Counted from the first letter of the stretch, positions 32,481 to 42,980 are shown. The stretch is 64,000 bases of DNA from an uncultured Methanosarcinaceae archaeon (GCA_963847185.1 CAWJYV010000010.1:352001-416000); one strand, 5' to 3'. Numbers and translations: made by a program. The notes: generated by a model from the sequence alone, not told the origin.

Positions 32481-34825
32481 TGGGTGTCGGCCCCCTTGAT
32501 ATTATTTGGTATCGTCTGCGGAGCCTGTATTCCTCTTCTCTTTTCCCTCCAGGTGTCCATTAATACTATAAGAGGTGGAAATACCAGGAAGGTTGCAATC
32601 AGTACCAGTACAATATCAATAACTGTCACTGTTCCAAAATCGCTTATTAAAGGAAAAGAAGATATCGTCAGAGCTGCAAACCCACCAACAACTGTCGATC
32701 CTGAGGCGAGGAGTGCGGCACCGATACTGTCACTTGTCCTGTATATAGCTTGCAGGGGATCGGCTCCGTGATCCTTTTCTTCAAAGTATCTTTCCATCAT
32801 GAGGACTGAGTACTCACAACCTATTCCAATGATCAGTGCTCCCATGGTTGCAGTCATTGGAGTGTACTCAATTTGCAGAAACTTCATTACCAGCCCTGAC
32901 CAGCCAGTAACTATGAACATTGGAATTATTGCAGCCAGAGCTTTTATCCAGTCTCTGTAAACCACTAGAAGTCCTCCTAAAACAAGAAACAGCCCAAGAT
33001 ATGTCATTAGAATTCTTCCGCCTGTGAGCGCGCCCAGAACTTCGATAAAGACCACTGGGTTCCCTGTAATAGTAACTTTGACGCCTGGAGGAGCCTGCAT
33101 CCACTGTATATCTTTCTGAATTATGCTGGTTAAATCCTCAATCCCTGCAGTCTTTATGTCGGAAACGGCATTTCCAATGTTAAAATTTAAGAGAAGCATA
33201 TTTTTGCCGTACACATATCGGTCCTTCTGGGATTCAGGAATTTCTTCATATATTGCCTCGATTTCGTCCTGGGTTTCCGGAATTGTACCTCCATTATACT
33301 CCTTTACAAGAGGCACGATACTTGAAGCGCTTAAAATGTATCGCCTTTGAGTTTCATGTTCGCTAAACCTGTCAATCCACTTAAGAACTTCAGGGTTAGA
33401 ATTATCCTCTACCTTTATTATGAGGTTAAGTGTATCAGTTCCCCCTATGACATCTTTCAGATGGTTCAGGTCCAGAAGAGCTGGCATATCCGAGGGAACA
33501 AAAGATTTTGTATCAGTTTGGGCACCCACAGATTCGTCGGCAATCATGCCTCCGATACAGAGCAGAGTTGCTATCCCGAGTACCAACATACTATTCTTTA
33601 TCGAAAAATTGTTGATCTTTTCAAGAAGGTGTTCTACTAGTCTGGGTTTCGGTTTTCCGGAAGAAGTATACTCTGCATTTTTTTGTGTTTGTTTTAATTC
33701 TTTTTTCCCTTTCTTCGACTGAAGTTTTTCCGAAATATCGTCAAAGATATAAACTGTGACTACCCCGACAAACATGGCTGCTAAGTAGCACATTATTATG
33801 CCGATCGTGAGAAGTTTCCCAAAATCCTGAATCATAGGGACTGTGGATGTAAACAGGGAAAAGAAGCCCAGAGCAGTCATGGTAAGAGCTATGAGTACAG
33901 CAGGCCCTGTGTGTTTTATTGTTGATATAATGGCTTTGGATTTGTTTCCTTCTTTATGTAGCTCTTCTTCAATTCTGTTATGGAACTGAATAGCATAATC
34001 AATACCAAGCCCTATCAGTACCGGAAAAGCTGACATGGAAACCATTGAAAGTGGAATTTCCAGGAAACCCATCGCTCCAAAGGTGTATATGATACCGAGT
34101 AAAACAATCGGTAAAGGCAACAGTTTCCAGCGAACATGCCGGAAAACAAGGCTTAATACGATTACCATAAAAACGGCAGCAAGCCCGAGCAATGGTGCCA
34201 TACCGGTACTCATCTCCTCGCTCATTGCAATCTTGTAAGCTGGATCGCCTGTTACTATGAGATTGTAAGAAGGAGGAAAGTCAGAAAATTTGACAGCTTC
34301 TTCGGCCATCGTTATTATTTCTTTTTGCTTGTCCTCTGAGACTGACCCGCCCATCGTTACATAGATCAACATATGTGTATTATCAGGAATTAATTGTCCG
34401 AATGTATCCGGATAACCGTCAATAATTGCCTTGATCTCTGCATCTGTATCGGGGATCTGGGTCCTTCCTGTTATCTGGGAATTTATTTTCTTTGTAATAG
34501 AAGCCGGACTTGTGACTCCAACAACTCCTTCTGTGGACTCTAGCTGATGTTCAAGCCGATCTGCAGCTTTCATTAAATCCGCAGACTTTACATCGTTTCC
34601 CTCTACCATCACTATAATAGAGTTGGTTCCAAATATGTTTGAGTAAAGGTGATCATAGTTCTGATAGAGTTCCGAACTTTTGCTTACAAAGGTCTCCGTT
34701 CCTGAGGCCATAGAAATTTTCTGGGCACCCTGCATTGACAACAAGATGAGAAGGAAAAAGATCAGAAGTATGGTCATGCGGTTGTTGTGGACAAACACTC
34801 CAAGTTTTTCAAAAATATTCTTAAT
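32477..34825 (-). CDS. RND/MMPL-family (HAE3-type) transporter
   Basis: Two repeats of TM + extracytoplasmic domain + TMs; GLGIDYAIQFHNR and GIGCEYS motifs. First canonical start is GTG 34798, but an RBS-linked ATT at 34825 is proposed. Confidence 0.9.
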   Translation of the reverse strand: MKNIFEKLGVFVHNNRMTILLIFFLLILLSMQGAQKISMASGTETFVSKSSELYQNYDHLYSNIFGTNSIIVMVEGNDVKSADLMKAADRLEHQLESTEGVVGVTSPASITKKINSQITGRTQIPDTDAEIKAIIDGYPDTFGQLIPDNTHMLIYVTMGGSVSEDKQKEIITMAEEAVKFSDFPPSYNLIVTGDPAYKIAMSEEMSTGMAPLLGLAAVFMVIVLSLVFRHVRWKLLPLPIVLLGIIYTFGAMGFLEIPLSMVSMSAFPVLIGLGIDYAIQFHNRIEEELHKEGNKSKAIISTIKHTGPAVLIALTMTALGFFSLFTSTVPMIQDFGKLLTIGIIMCYLAAMFVGVVTVYIFDDISEKLQSKKGKKELKQTQKNAEYTSSGKPKPRLVEHLLEKINNFSIKNSMLVLGIATLLCIGGMIADESVGAQTDTKSFVPSDMPALLDLNHLKDVIGGTDTLNLIIKVEDNSNPEVLKWIDRFSEHETQRRYILSASSIVPLVKEYNGGTIPETQDEIEAIYEEIPESQKDRYVYGKNMLLLNFNIGNAVSDIKTAGIEDLTSIIQKDIQWMQAPPGVKVTITGNPVVFIEVLGALTGGRILMTYLGLFLVLGGLLVVYRDWIKALAAIIPMFIVTGWSGLVMKFLQIEYTPMTATMGALIIGIGCEYSVLMMERYFEEKDHGADPLQAIYRTSDSIGAALLASGSTVVGGFAALTISSFPLISDFGTVTVIDIVLVLIATFLVFPPLIVLMDTWREKRRGIQAPQTIPNNIKGADTQ

Positions 34826-34918
34826 AGCACATCCCTCTCATTGCTTTTTTGAAGTATAGTTGTAAAGCACATATGAATTTACTAATAGGAATTTGCTTTC
34901 CAAAGGCTCTGTGCTGAC

Positions 34919-35371
34919 TCAAATACGCCGATGCGCAATTTTATTTAAAATCCTCACTGTCGTCTCGAGGCTCTGTAAATATTCATTGACATCCTTCTCA
35001 TCTACAAGTTCGAGAAGTTCATCGACGATTTCATTAAAATAATTATAACATTCCATTCCCTTGTCTGTCAAGGAAACAAGCACTTTCCTTCTGTCTTCAG
35101 GATCATTTTTTCGAAACACCATCCCTTTCTTTTCCAGATCATCAATCATCCGGGTTAGGCTGCTTTTCTCCATACCTGTGTAATTCCCGATGGTTGAAGG
35201 CATGATCTCACTTTCCATACCTATGATCTTGATCACCATAGGCTGATTCTTGCTCAGTTCCTTAAATCTACTGAGAATTTTTTTCTGGAAAGTGTGTTCG
35301 AAAATCATATTATCAAGAGCATCTCTTTCCATCATCAGAAGAATTGTTTTCTTCAAAATCGCGTCATCCAT
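34919..35371 (-). CDS. MarR-family transcription regulator
   Basis: MEKSSLTRMIDDLEKKG.V.R..DPEDRRKVLVSLTDKG MarR signature. Confidence 0.93.
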   Translation of the reverse strand: MDDAILKKTILLMMERDALDNMIFEHTFQKKILSRFKELSKNQPMVIKIIGMESEIMPSTIGNYTGMEKSSLTRMIDDLEKKGMVFRKNDPEDRRKVLVSLTDKGMECYNYFNEIVDELLELVDEKDVNEYLQSLETTVRILNKIAHRRI

Positions 35372-35460
35372 TTTTTACCACTATCGCCTCTTTTATGCCG
35401 GATCTTTCAGATAAGTGCTGTTTCCCAGCCAATAATTTAGAGAATTATAAAATTTAACTC

Positions 35461-35556
35461 GATATTGATTTTTCAATTATCAATTATCATATAATTGAAT
35501 TATAAGTTATTGAATATCGTATAATTGAATTAACAATTATTGATAAATCAACAATA
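35461..35556. promoter_or_regulatory. Array of palindromic putative MarR operators
   Basis: ATTGA-N4-TCAAT (35464-35477), ATAATTG-N6-CAATTAT (35521-35540) and TTGAT-N2-ATCAA (35540-35551), upstream of marR. Confidence 0.45.
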
Positions 35557-35810
35557 TTTTGATAATATTTAAATCAAACGGTTGAAAAAATATAACATAG
35601 ATTATGCAAAAATTAATCGTTTTAAATTTTGCAAAGACAAAAATTAAGTATTAATACTCTTTGAAATAGAAAAAGCATTAATTAAAATCCATATTTACAA
35701 TTTTATATATTGGAAAAGTAATTCTAAATCTGATAAAAATAAAAAAAGTAATATTAAGATAGAACTCGGACGAATTGGAATGAGATAATCAGATCGAAAA
35801 TAATCTTTCA

Positions 35811-37304
35811 TTAAAGCATTAATTCTGTTGTTGGATCTGGCAATTTAATTATGAAGGATGAACCTTTTCCCACTGTACTTTCCACCTGGATATCGCCGCC
35901 GTGCATTTCAACATATTTTTTTACCAATGTAAGGCCAAGCCCTGTTCCTTCAAAAAGGCGATTTAATGAAGAATCAATCTGAACAAATGGCTTAAAAATG
36001 TCGTCTATTCTCTCTTCAGGGATTCCAATGCCTGTATCTTTAATAGTTATAAATACAGAATTCTGTCCTTTTTGCGAGAAAACTTTAACAGAACCACCAG
36101 AAGGTGTGAATTTAACAGCATTGTTTAAAAGGTTGTATACTATCTGATGGAATTTACTCATGTCTGCATATACATGTATTTTTTTACTCTCAGACTTATA
36201 AGTTAATGTAATATTTTTCTCCAGAGTCTGCGGGAGTATCATTGAGACAGCTCTGCAGATAGACTCGTGAACGGGAAGAACTTCTTTTTTAAGCTCTTCC
36301 TTTCCTGACTCGGCTTTAGATAGATCTAGAATATTATTTATAATATTTAGAAGGTTTTTTCCGCTTAAAGAAATAAATTGAACGTACTTTAACTGCTTTT
36401 CATTCAAAGGTCCGGCTATTCCTTCTTTTAGCAAATCGGAAAATCCGATGATTGAATTAAGAGGAGTTCTTAATTCATGACTCATATTCGTCAGAAATTC
36501 ACTTTTTGTACGGTTTGCCGCTTCAGCAGCTATTTTTGCATTAATTAAAGATTCTTCTGCTTTTTTTCTAAGAGTTATGTCTCTGATAAGAACAATATTT
36601 GCCGGCTTGTCATTGTAGGTTATTTTGTTGCCAAGAGCTTCTATCCAGACTTTCTCCCCTTTTGAAGAAATCATTTTATAAGTGTTCAGATAACTGCCCA
36701 AATTAAGAGTATTTACATGATTTTCTCTTGCATAAGATCTCGATTCGGGAGCAATAAATTTCTCAAAATGCGTACCATTTATTTCATCGAGTCCCATATT
36801 TAGGATTTTTCCGACAGCAGAATTTGCCGTAATAATCCTGCCTTCAATGTCAAGTATGAATATACCATCGAGAGTATTATCAACAAGGGTAAAGAAATTT
36901 TTTTCGCTCTCTTGTAAAGCATTATAATTCTTTTTTATTCTGATTAAAGACTTTATTCTCGTTTTAAGTTCAAATTTATCTATAGGTTTGCTGATAAAAT
37001 CATCAGCTCCGCACTGAATCGCTTTTATCTTGTTTTCTTTTTCGAAAAAACCTGAAATTACAATTATAGGTATGAATTTAAATCTGGGGTCTTTCTTGAA
37101 CATACTGCAAATTTCATAGCCATCGCTTTCGGGCAGCATAAGATCAAGTAAAATCAAATCAGGAACTTGAGCTTCTACCAGTTCAAGGGCTTCTTTCCCA
37201 CTATGTGCAGATATAGGAAAATAATCATCCTTAAGCTGCAGGCATAGCAATCCAACCTGCGCCCTTTCGTCATCAACAATGAGAATTTTTGGTTTTCCAG
37301 ACGT
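35811..37304 (-). CDS. Hybrid sensor histidine kinase (REC-PAS-HisKA-HATPase_c)
   Basis: REC (KILIVDD upstream of the TTG at 37250, PDLILLDLMLP, KP), PAS, H-box SHELRTPLN, NLLNNAVKFT, DTGIGI, GTGLGL. The proposed start is ACG at 37304. Confidence 0.9.
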   Translation of the reverse strand, partial: TSGKPKILIVDDERAQVGLLCLQLKDDYFPISAHSGKEALELVEAQVPDLILLDLMLPESDGYEICSMFKKDPRFKFIPIIVISGFFEKENKIKAIQCGADDFISKPIDKFELKTRIKSLIRIKKNYNALQESEKNFFTLVDNTLDGIFILDIEGRIITANSAVGKILNMGLDEINGTHFEKFIAPESRSYARENHVNTLNLGSYLNTYKMISSKGEKVWIEALGNKITYNDKPANIVLIRDITLRKKAEESLINAKIAAEAANRTKSEFLTNMSHELRTPLNSIIGFSDLLKEGIAGPLNEKQLKYVQFISLSGKNLLNIINNILDLSKAESGKEELKKEVLPVHESICRAVSMILPQTLEKNITLTYKSESKKIHVYADMSKFHQIVYNLLNNAVKFTPSGGSVKVFSQKGQNSVFITIKDTGIGIPEERIDDIFKPFVQIDSSLNRLFEGTGLGLTLVKKYVEMHGGDIQVESTVGKGSSFIIKLPDPTTELML

Positions 37305-37824
37305 ATATTAATCCTCACAGATACAGTTTATTATCTAAGCAAATCTTTCATATTTTTACCAACATACTAATATAATTTGAAAAAAAACTCCAAGATATAA
37401 GTCTCAAATATATAATTTATTTAATAAGTATGTATTTAATATAAAGTTAAAAACCGTTTTCAATTTAACTTGTTTTCATATAATAATTCTAAAATTAAAA
37501 AGCCGTTGTAAACGTTATTTCTCATTCGATTCCTCTACGAAATATCTTTGAGAAATAACTGTATTTTAATTAGTCTAATTGATATATCTATTTTTTTATC
37601 TATGTCTCAATTAAAAATAATTTGTTACCAGGAATTATTTTATTTATTGTTGAAAATAAGTGAAAAGTATAAATTTCGAATCTATATTGAAAAAATTTGG
37701 GAAATAGTGGAAATATTGGTAATCGACGATCGGCAAAAAACCAAGATAAACAAAGAGAACGAAAAATAAAATAGAAATTGAAGAAAACAAAAAGCAAAAA
37801 ATGCAAAAAAATACTTAGTGAATG

Positions 37825-38118
37825 TTATTCTTCAGCTTTTTCCCAGAAATTTTCAGCTTCCTCCTCCATTTCTTCGAGTCTGTCATAGTAATCAGGAAAT
37901 TCATTCAGGTGAGCCAGAGCGATTTTTCCTGTTATTATGGGGTCATCGTTAGTAACGTTTGTCCATGGATCCCGGGTTCCATGCTCCAGTTCTACGTCCA
38001 TACCTCTGCGGAACTGGTCTACATCGAACTTATCCCATTTTATTCCCAGTTGTTCCCCAACTGCCTTTGCTTCTTCAGCCGTGAAATTTTTTTTTGTCAA
38101 GACCATCACTTCTGCCAA
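37825..38118 (-). CDS. DUF5661-like small protein
   Basis: F..GM.VELEH...DDP..T.KIALAHL.EFPDYY.RL..ME pattern; start may be 38106. Confidence 0.75.
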   Translation of the reverse strand: MAEVMVLTKKNFTAEEAKAVGEQLGIKWDKFDVDQFRRGMDVELEHGTRDPWTNVTNDDPIITGKIALAHLNEFPDYYDRLEEMEEEAENFWEKAEE

Positions 38119-38314
38119 TTGTTAAACTTTTACGTAATTATTTAATCTTTAACAATTATTTAATCTTTGCATTTATTTAATGTGGGTTGTAATTAAGAAT
38201 TAGCCTTCAAAAATGTATGCTATTTTGTTACTCTTTACGCTGGACAGAAAGTTTTTATCTTTGATTAGTGGGATTTCCGACAGCAATTAATAAGAATGTA
38301 AATGAGAGAGAAAA

Positions 38315-38788
38315 ATGCCAGATAATGATTTTTTGTTTATGAGAAGAGCAATTGAGCTATCCCTGGAAAATGTAAAAAAAGGAGGTGGCCCTTTTGGCGC
38401 TGTAATAACGATAAATGAAGAAACTCTTGCAGAAAGCTGCAACCTTGTCAGTGCGCTTAATGATCCTACAGCCCATGCAGAGATTAATGTAATAAGGGCT
38501 GCAGCCCAGAAACTGGGCACTTTTGACCTTAGTAGCTGCGTTATCTACTCTTCCTGCGAACCCTGTCCTATGTGCCTTGGAGCCATTTACTGGGCCAGAA
38601 TCAAAAGAGTTGTTTTCGCCAATACCACGTCTGATGCCAAAAGTATCGGTTTTGATGACTTTCTAATATATGAAGAAATCTCGCGTCCCATTCAGGAAAG
38701 AAAAATTGAATTCCGGCAGCTCCTCAGGGAAGAGGCACTGGAGGCTTTTAAAGCATGGGAAGAATCTGAGAATAAGGTCGAATACTGA
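38315..38788 (+). CDS. Nucleoside/guanine deaminase (cytidine-deaminase fold)
   Basis: GGPFGA, DPTAHAE and SSCEPCPMCLGAIYWA zinc motifs. Confidence 0.92.
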   Translation: MPDNDFLFMRRAIELSLENVKKGGGPFGAVITINEETLAESCNLVSALNDPTAHAEINVIRAAAQKLGTFDLSSCVIYSSCEPCPMCLGAIYWARIKRVVFANTTSDAKSIGFDDFLIYEEISRPIQERKIEFRQLLREEALEAFKAWEESENKVEY

Positions 38789-39066
38789 AAAACAGAGTAA
38801 CTACTTTCTAATTTTTATTCTGTTTGAAAACTCATTTCTATCATTAATGACTAATTTAATCAGGGACTCAAATTTAATCCAGGAACATTAAATAGGGGAC
38901 GGAAAAAAATTATTGAATTATATAAAAAACTCTAATCAATGCACGAAAAATTCAAAATATCTACTAAAAATATTAAATTAGTGCAACTTAGAATAAAGTG
39001 TCTAAATTTTTATTTTTATTTCTACTTTTTTATCTATAATACTGATTTTAGAAGGGGTTCTGGGAA

Positions 39067-41478
39067 ATGCCTGTAAATAAAAGCAAGTACATTCGCTGGT
39101 TTGAAGAAACCACAATCGATGATGTCCCGCTTGTAGGCGGGAAGAATGCTTCCCTCGGGGAAATGTACAGAGAACTTAGCTCGAAAGGTATCAGGATTCC
39201 AAATGGCTTTTCAGTCACTGCTGAAGCTTACTGGCATACCCTGGAAGCCGGAGGGATTCTTGAAAAACTCAAAACAACAATGGAAGGACTTGATACTGCG
39301 GATGTTGCAGACCTTGCAAAAAGAGGGAAAAGTGCAAGAGATCTAATCCTTGGGGCAGGAATTCCTGATGACCTCTGGAAGGAAATCAAAACTGCATATG
39401 ACATCCTCTGCGAGCAGTACGGAGAATATACGGACGTAGCTGTACGGAGTTCGGCAACAGCTGAAGACCTGCCAACTGCTTCTTTTGCGGGCCAGCAGGA
39501 AACTTACCTGAACATCAGGGGATATCCTGCACTTCGGGATGCCTGTACACGCTGTTTTGCATCTCTTTTTACGGACAGAGCCATTTCTTACCGCGTGACC
39601 AATAAATTCGACCATTTCAAGGTAGCTCTTTCCATAGGAATCATGAAAATGGTCAGGTCGGATCTGGCTTCAAGCGGAGTTATTTTTACTCTTGATACAG
39701 AAACCGGCTTCAGGGACGTTGTTTTCATTACAGGCTCATACGGGCTTGGAGAAAATATCGTACAGGGGCAGGTTAATCCAGATGAATTCTACGTTTTCAA
39801 GCCGACTTTCAGGAAAGGATATAAGCCGATAATCAAGAAAAAAGTCGGAAGCAAAGAGATCAAGATGATCTATGGGCGGGGTGACTCAAAAGTACTCACC
39901 CGAAACGTGGAGGTTCCTGAGGCCGACAGGCTGCACTTCTGTATTGATGATCAAGAAGTGCTCGAACTTGCAGGATATGCGATTACTATCGAAGATCATT
40001 ACTCGAAAAAGAGTGGGGAATCAAGGCCCATGGATATCGAGTGGGCAAAGGACGGTATAACAGGAGAACTCTTTATAGTACAGGCAAGGCCTGAAACTGT
40101 CCAGTCCCAGAGAAGTAAAGAAGTTCTGGAAACATATGTGCTTGAAAATAGATCGAAAATTCTTGCAAAAGGCAGGAGTGTGGGGGATAAAATCGCTGTT
40201 GGAAAAGCCCATGTAATTCCAGATGTTTCGGATCTTCCTTCGTTTAAACCTGGAGAGATTCTGATTGCAGACACCACAACTCCAGACTGGGAGCCTGTCA
40301 TGAAAACGGCGGCTGCAATTGTCACAAATAAAGGAGGAAGAACCTGCCATGCTGCTATTGTCAGCCGAGAACTTGGAATTCCTGCAGTTGTAGGAACAGG
40401 TAACGCAACCGAAGTTCTGGAGACAGGACATGAAATCACTGTAAGCTGTGCGGAAGGAGAAGATGGGCTTGTTTATGAAGGTATACTTCCTTTTCATAAA
40501 AACATCCTGAGCCTCAAAAACATGGAGCGTCCGAAAATAGAGATTATGATGAATCTTGGAAATCCTGAAGAAGCTTTTGCTTTATCCATGATCCCAAATG
40601 ATGGAATCGGGCTTGCCAGGCTGGAATTTATTATTACGAGCTATATCAAAATTCATCCGATGGCTCTTGTTCACCCTGAAAGGGTCAAAGATCTTAAAAC
40701 TCTTAATGAAATTGAGCAGCTTACCATGGGCTACAAAAAAGAGGAATTTTTTGTCGAACAGCTTGCCCAGGGAGTTGGGACGATTGCTGCGGCTTTCCAC
40801 CCAAAACCTGTTGTAGTTCGCATGAGCGATTTCAAGACCAATGAGTATTCAAGCCTCCTTGGGGGTAGCTACTTTGAAATGGAAGAAAGTAACCCCATGA
40901 TAGGGTTCAGGGGAGCTTCCCGTTATTTTGATGAGCGTTACAGGGAAGGTTTTGCCCTTGAATGCAGGGCAATGAAAAAGGTCAGGGATGAAATGGGACT
41001 TACAAACCTCATTCTTATGATTCCCTTCTGCAGGACTGTTGACGAAGCAAGGAAAGTGATTGCCGAAATGGAGAAAAACGGGCTCAAGAGAGGAGAAAAC
41101 GGGCTTCAGGTCTATGTCATGTGTGAAATCCCAAATAACGTTCTTCTGATCGATGAATTCAGTAAGTTTTTTGATGGCTTCTCCATAGGTTCAAACGACC
41201 TGACCCAGCTAACTCTTGGTGTTGATAGAGACTCCGAACTGCTTGCCGCAGAATTCGATGAAAGAGATCCAGGAGTTATGAAAATAATGGCAATGGCTGT
41301 GCAAGGAGCAAAAAGAAACGGGAGACACAGCGGGATCTGTGGACAGGCTCCGAGCGATTTTCCCGAAATTGCAGAGTTTCTTGTAAAAGAGAAAATCGAT
41401 TCCATTTCACTCAATCCTGATTCAGTTATGAAAATTACTCTTAAAGTTCTGGAAACTGAAAAAGAACTTGGACGATAA
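39067..41478 (+). CDS. ppsA: Phosphoenolpyruvate synthase (pyruvate,water dikinase)
   Basis: VGGKNASLGEM, AVRSSATAEDLP.ASFAGQQET, GGRTCHAAIVSRE (phospho-His), FSIGSNDLTQL, GICGQAPSD. Confidence 0.96.
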   Translation: MPVNKSKYIRWFEETTIDDVPLVGGKNASLGEMYRELSSKGIRIPNGFSVTAEAYWHTLEAGGILEKLKTTMEGLDTADVADLAKRGKSARDLILGAGIPDDLWKEIKTAYDILCEQYGEYTDVAVRSSATAEDLPTASFAGQQETYLNIRGYPALRDACTRCFASLFTDRAISYRVTNKFDHFKVALSIGIMKMVRSDLASSGVIFTLDTETGFRDVVFITGSYGLGENIVQGQVNPDEFYVFKPTFRKGYKPIIKKKVGSKEIKMIYGRGDSKVLTRNVEVPEADRLHFCIDDQEVLELAGYAITIEDHYSKKSGESRPMDIEWAKDGITGELFIVQARPETVQSQRSKEVLETYVLENRSKILAKGRSVGDKIAVGKAHVIPDVSDLPSFKPGEILIADTTTPDWEPVMKTAAAIVTNKGGRTCHAAIVSRELGIPAVVGTGNATEVLETGHEITVSCAEGEDGLVYEGILPFHKNILSLKNMERPKIEIMMNLGNPEEAFALSMIPNDGIGLARLEFIITSYIKIHPMALVHPERVKDLKTLNEIEQLTMGYKKEEFFVEQLAQGVGTIAAAFHPKPVVVRMSDFKTNEYSSLLGGSYFEMEESNPMIGFRGASRYFDERYREGFALECRAMKKVRDEMGLTNLILMIPFCRTVDEARKVIAEMEKNGLKRGENGLQVYVMCEIPNNVLLIDEFSKFFDGFSIGSNDLTQLTLGVDRDSELLAAEFDERDPGVMKIMAMAVQGAKRNGRHSGICGQAPSDFPEIAEFLVKEKIDSISLNPDSVMKITLKVLETEKELGR

Positions 41479-41654
41479 TAAGGAAGAAAGAATGGAAGAA
41501 AAATAAAAAGGGAAAAAGAAAGAGCAGTAAAAAAGGGGAAAAAGGAAGAAATAGAAAATAGGAAAAGGGTCTCATATAACTTCAAAAGAAAAATATATGA
41601 TTCTAGAATCCTAACTGTTAGGATAAGTTTTAGAGATTCTTTTACCTGATCCCT

Positions 41655-42923
41655 ATGATAGAAAAAGAAGTAAACACCCTATGTAATCAGTACGGCCTGA
41701 AATCAACCAATCTTGCAGAACTTACCTTAAAAGTTTATTTTTCAAATGATAATCTGGAGAGGAGTTTTACTGAGGAAGAAAATTCATTATATCTACCTCT
41801 TTATGAGGAGCTTTACGCAACTTCTTCTCTTTTCGGAATTGGAGCTGAGTATAAAGCTTATATCCAGTTTATTCTTAATCCTGAGAAAGCAAATTCAGAA
41901 TACCTTTCGGATTTTTTCAATAGTCCTCTGGGCCTGAAAATTCGGAAAAACTGGGTAAAGAGAAATTTTATATGGTCGTCTGAAACTCCTTCTGACTCAA
42001 ACGAGTTGACCATGGATTCTCCAGAAGGTCCTGTTCTTGAGGCTGTCACTCAGAAGACTATGTTTTTAGGGGAACCCAAATTTTACGGAATACCCTTGCT
42101 TGTAGAAGAAGCAGGATTTACAGACAAAGATTCTGTTGAGGCCATATGCACAGAGATTGATGAAAACACGGACTCAGTTCCAGACCCTAAAGTTCCTGAT
42201 GTTCCAGAAATTTTGTCTCCGTTCAGGATAGACATCGATTTTCTTATGCACAGTAAATTATACCTCCCGGATATTAAAACCCAGATAAAAATACTTAAAA
42301 TCAAAGCTCTTACAAAAGAATTGATTTTCCAGCTCAGCCTTTTCGAACGCAGGCTTTCGACTTATCCTAAGAATGTCGCACACATCGAAGAGAAGCTCGA
42401 ACTTATTCAGGAAGCTGTCAAGCTTGCAAATGACTCTGATTACTTGCTGGAGTTAATCCGACGGGGTGAAAGCAAAAAGCTGGAGTTTAAATCCACGCTT
42501 CGAAAGAATCTTATGAGCGGCAATCCTGACTGGAGGGTCGAACATGCTGTGCTAAAAACAATAGTAGCTTACCTCAATACAGATGGGGGTACTCTTCTTG
42601 TAGGTATTTCGAACAGTGGGGAAGTGCTCGGAATCGAAAATGATAATTTTCTCAATGAAGATAAATTTCTCCTTCATTTCAAACAGCTAATCAAGCAGCA
42701 TATAGGACTTGCCTATGCTCCTCTGATTGAATACAGCCTTGTGCCGGTTAACGGCAAAAAAATTCTGAAAATAGATTGTCGGAAAAGTGATGAAGCTGTA
42801 TTCCTCAAAATGGACCAAAATGAAGAAGAGTTTTACATCAGAATCGGTCCTTCAAGTGAAAGGCTTACAGGCAGCAAGCTAATTGAGTATGTTAATAGAC
42901 AATATAAAAAGCAGGTTAACTGA
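41655..42923 (+). CDS. Protein with C-terminal Schlafen/AlbA_2 domain and unknown N-terminal domain
   Basis: GESKKLEFKSTLR, KTIVAYLNTDGGTLLVG, FYIRIGPSS..L.G in the last ~165 aa. Confidence 0.8.
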   Translation: MIEKEVNTLCNQYGLKSTNLAELTLKVYFSNDNLERSFTEEENSLYLPLYEELYATSSLFGIGAEYKAYIQFILNPEKANSEYLSDFFNSPLGLKIRKNWVKRNFIWSSETPSDSNELTMDSPEGPVLEAVTQKTMFLGEPKFYGIPLLVEEAGFTDKDSVEAICTEIDENTDSVPDPKVPDVPEILSPFRIDIDFLMHSKLYLPDIKTQIKILKIKALTKELIFQLSLFERRLSTYPKNVAHIEEKLELIQEAVKLANDSDYLLELIRRGESKKLEFKSTLRKNLMSGNPDWRVEHAVLKTIVAYLNTDGGTLLVGISNSGEVLGIENDNFLNEDKFLLHFKQLIKQHIGLAYAPLIEYSLVPVNGKKILKIDCRKSDEAVFLKMDQNEEEFYIRIGPSSERLTGSKLIEYVNRQYKKQVN

Positions 42924-42980
42924 TTCAGACTGTTTTACGCGCATTTTTGTGCAGAAAGCCTGATGCAACTTTTACACACC

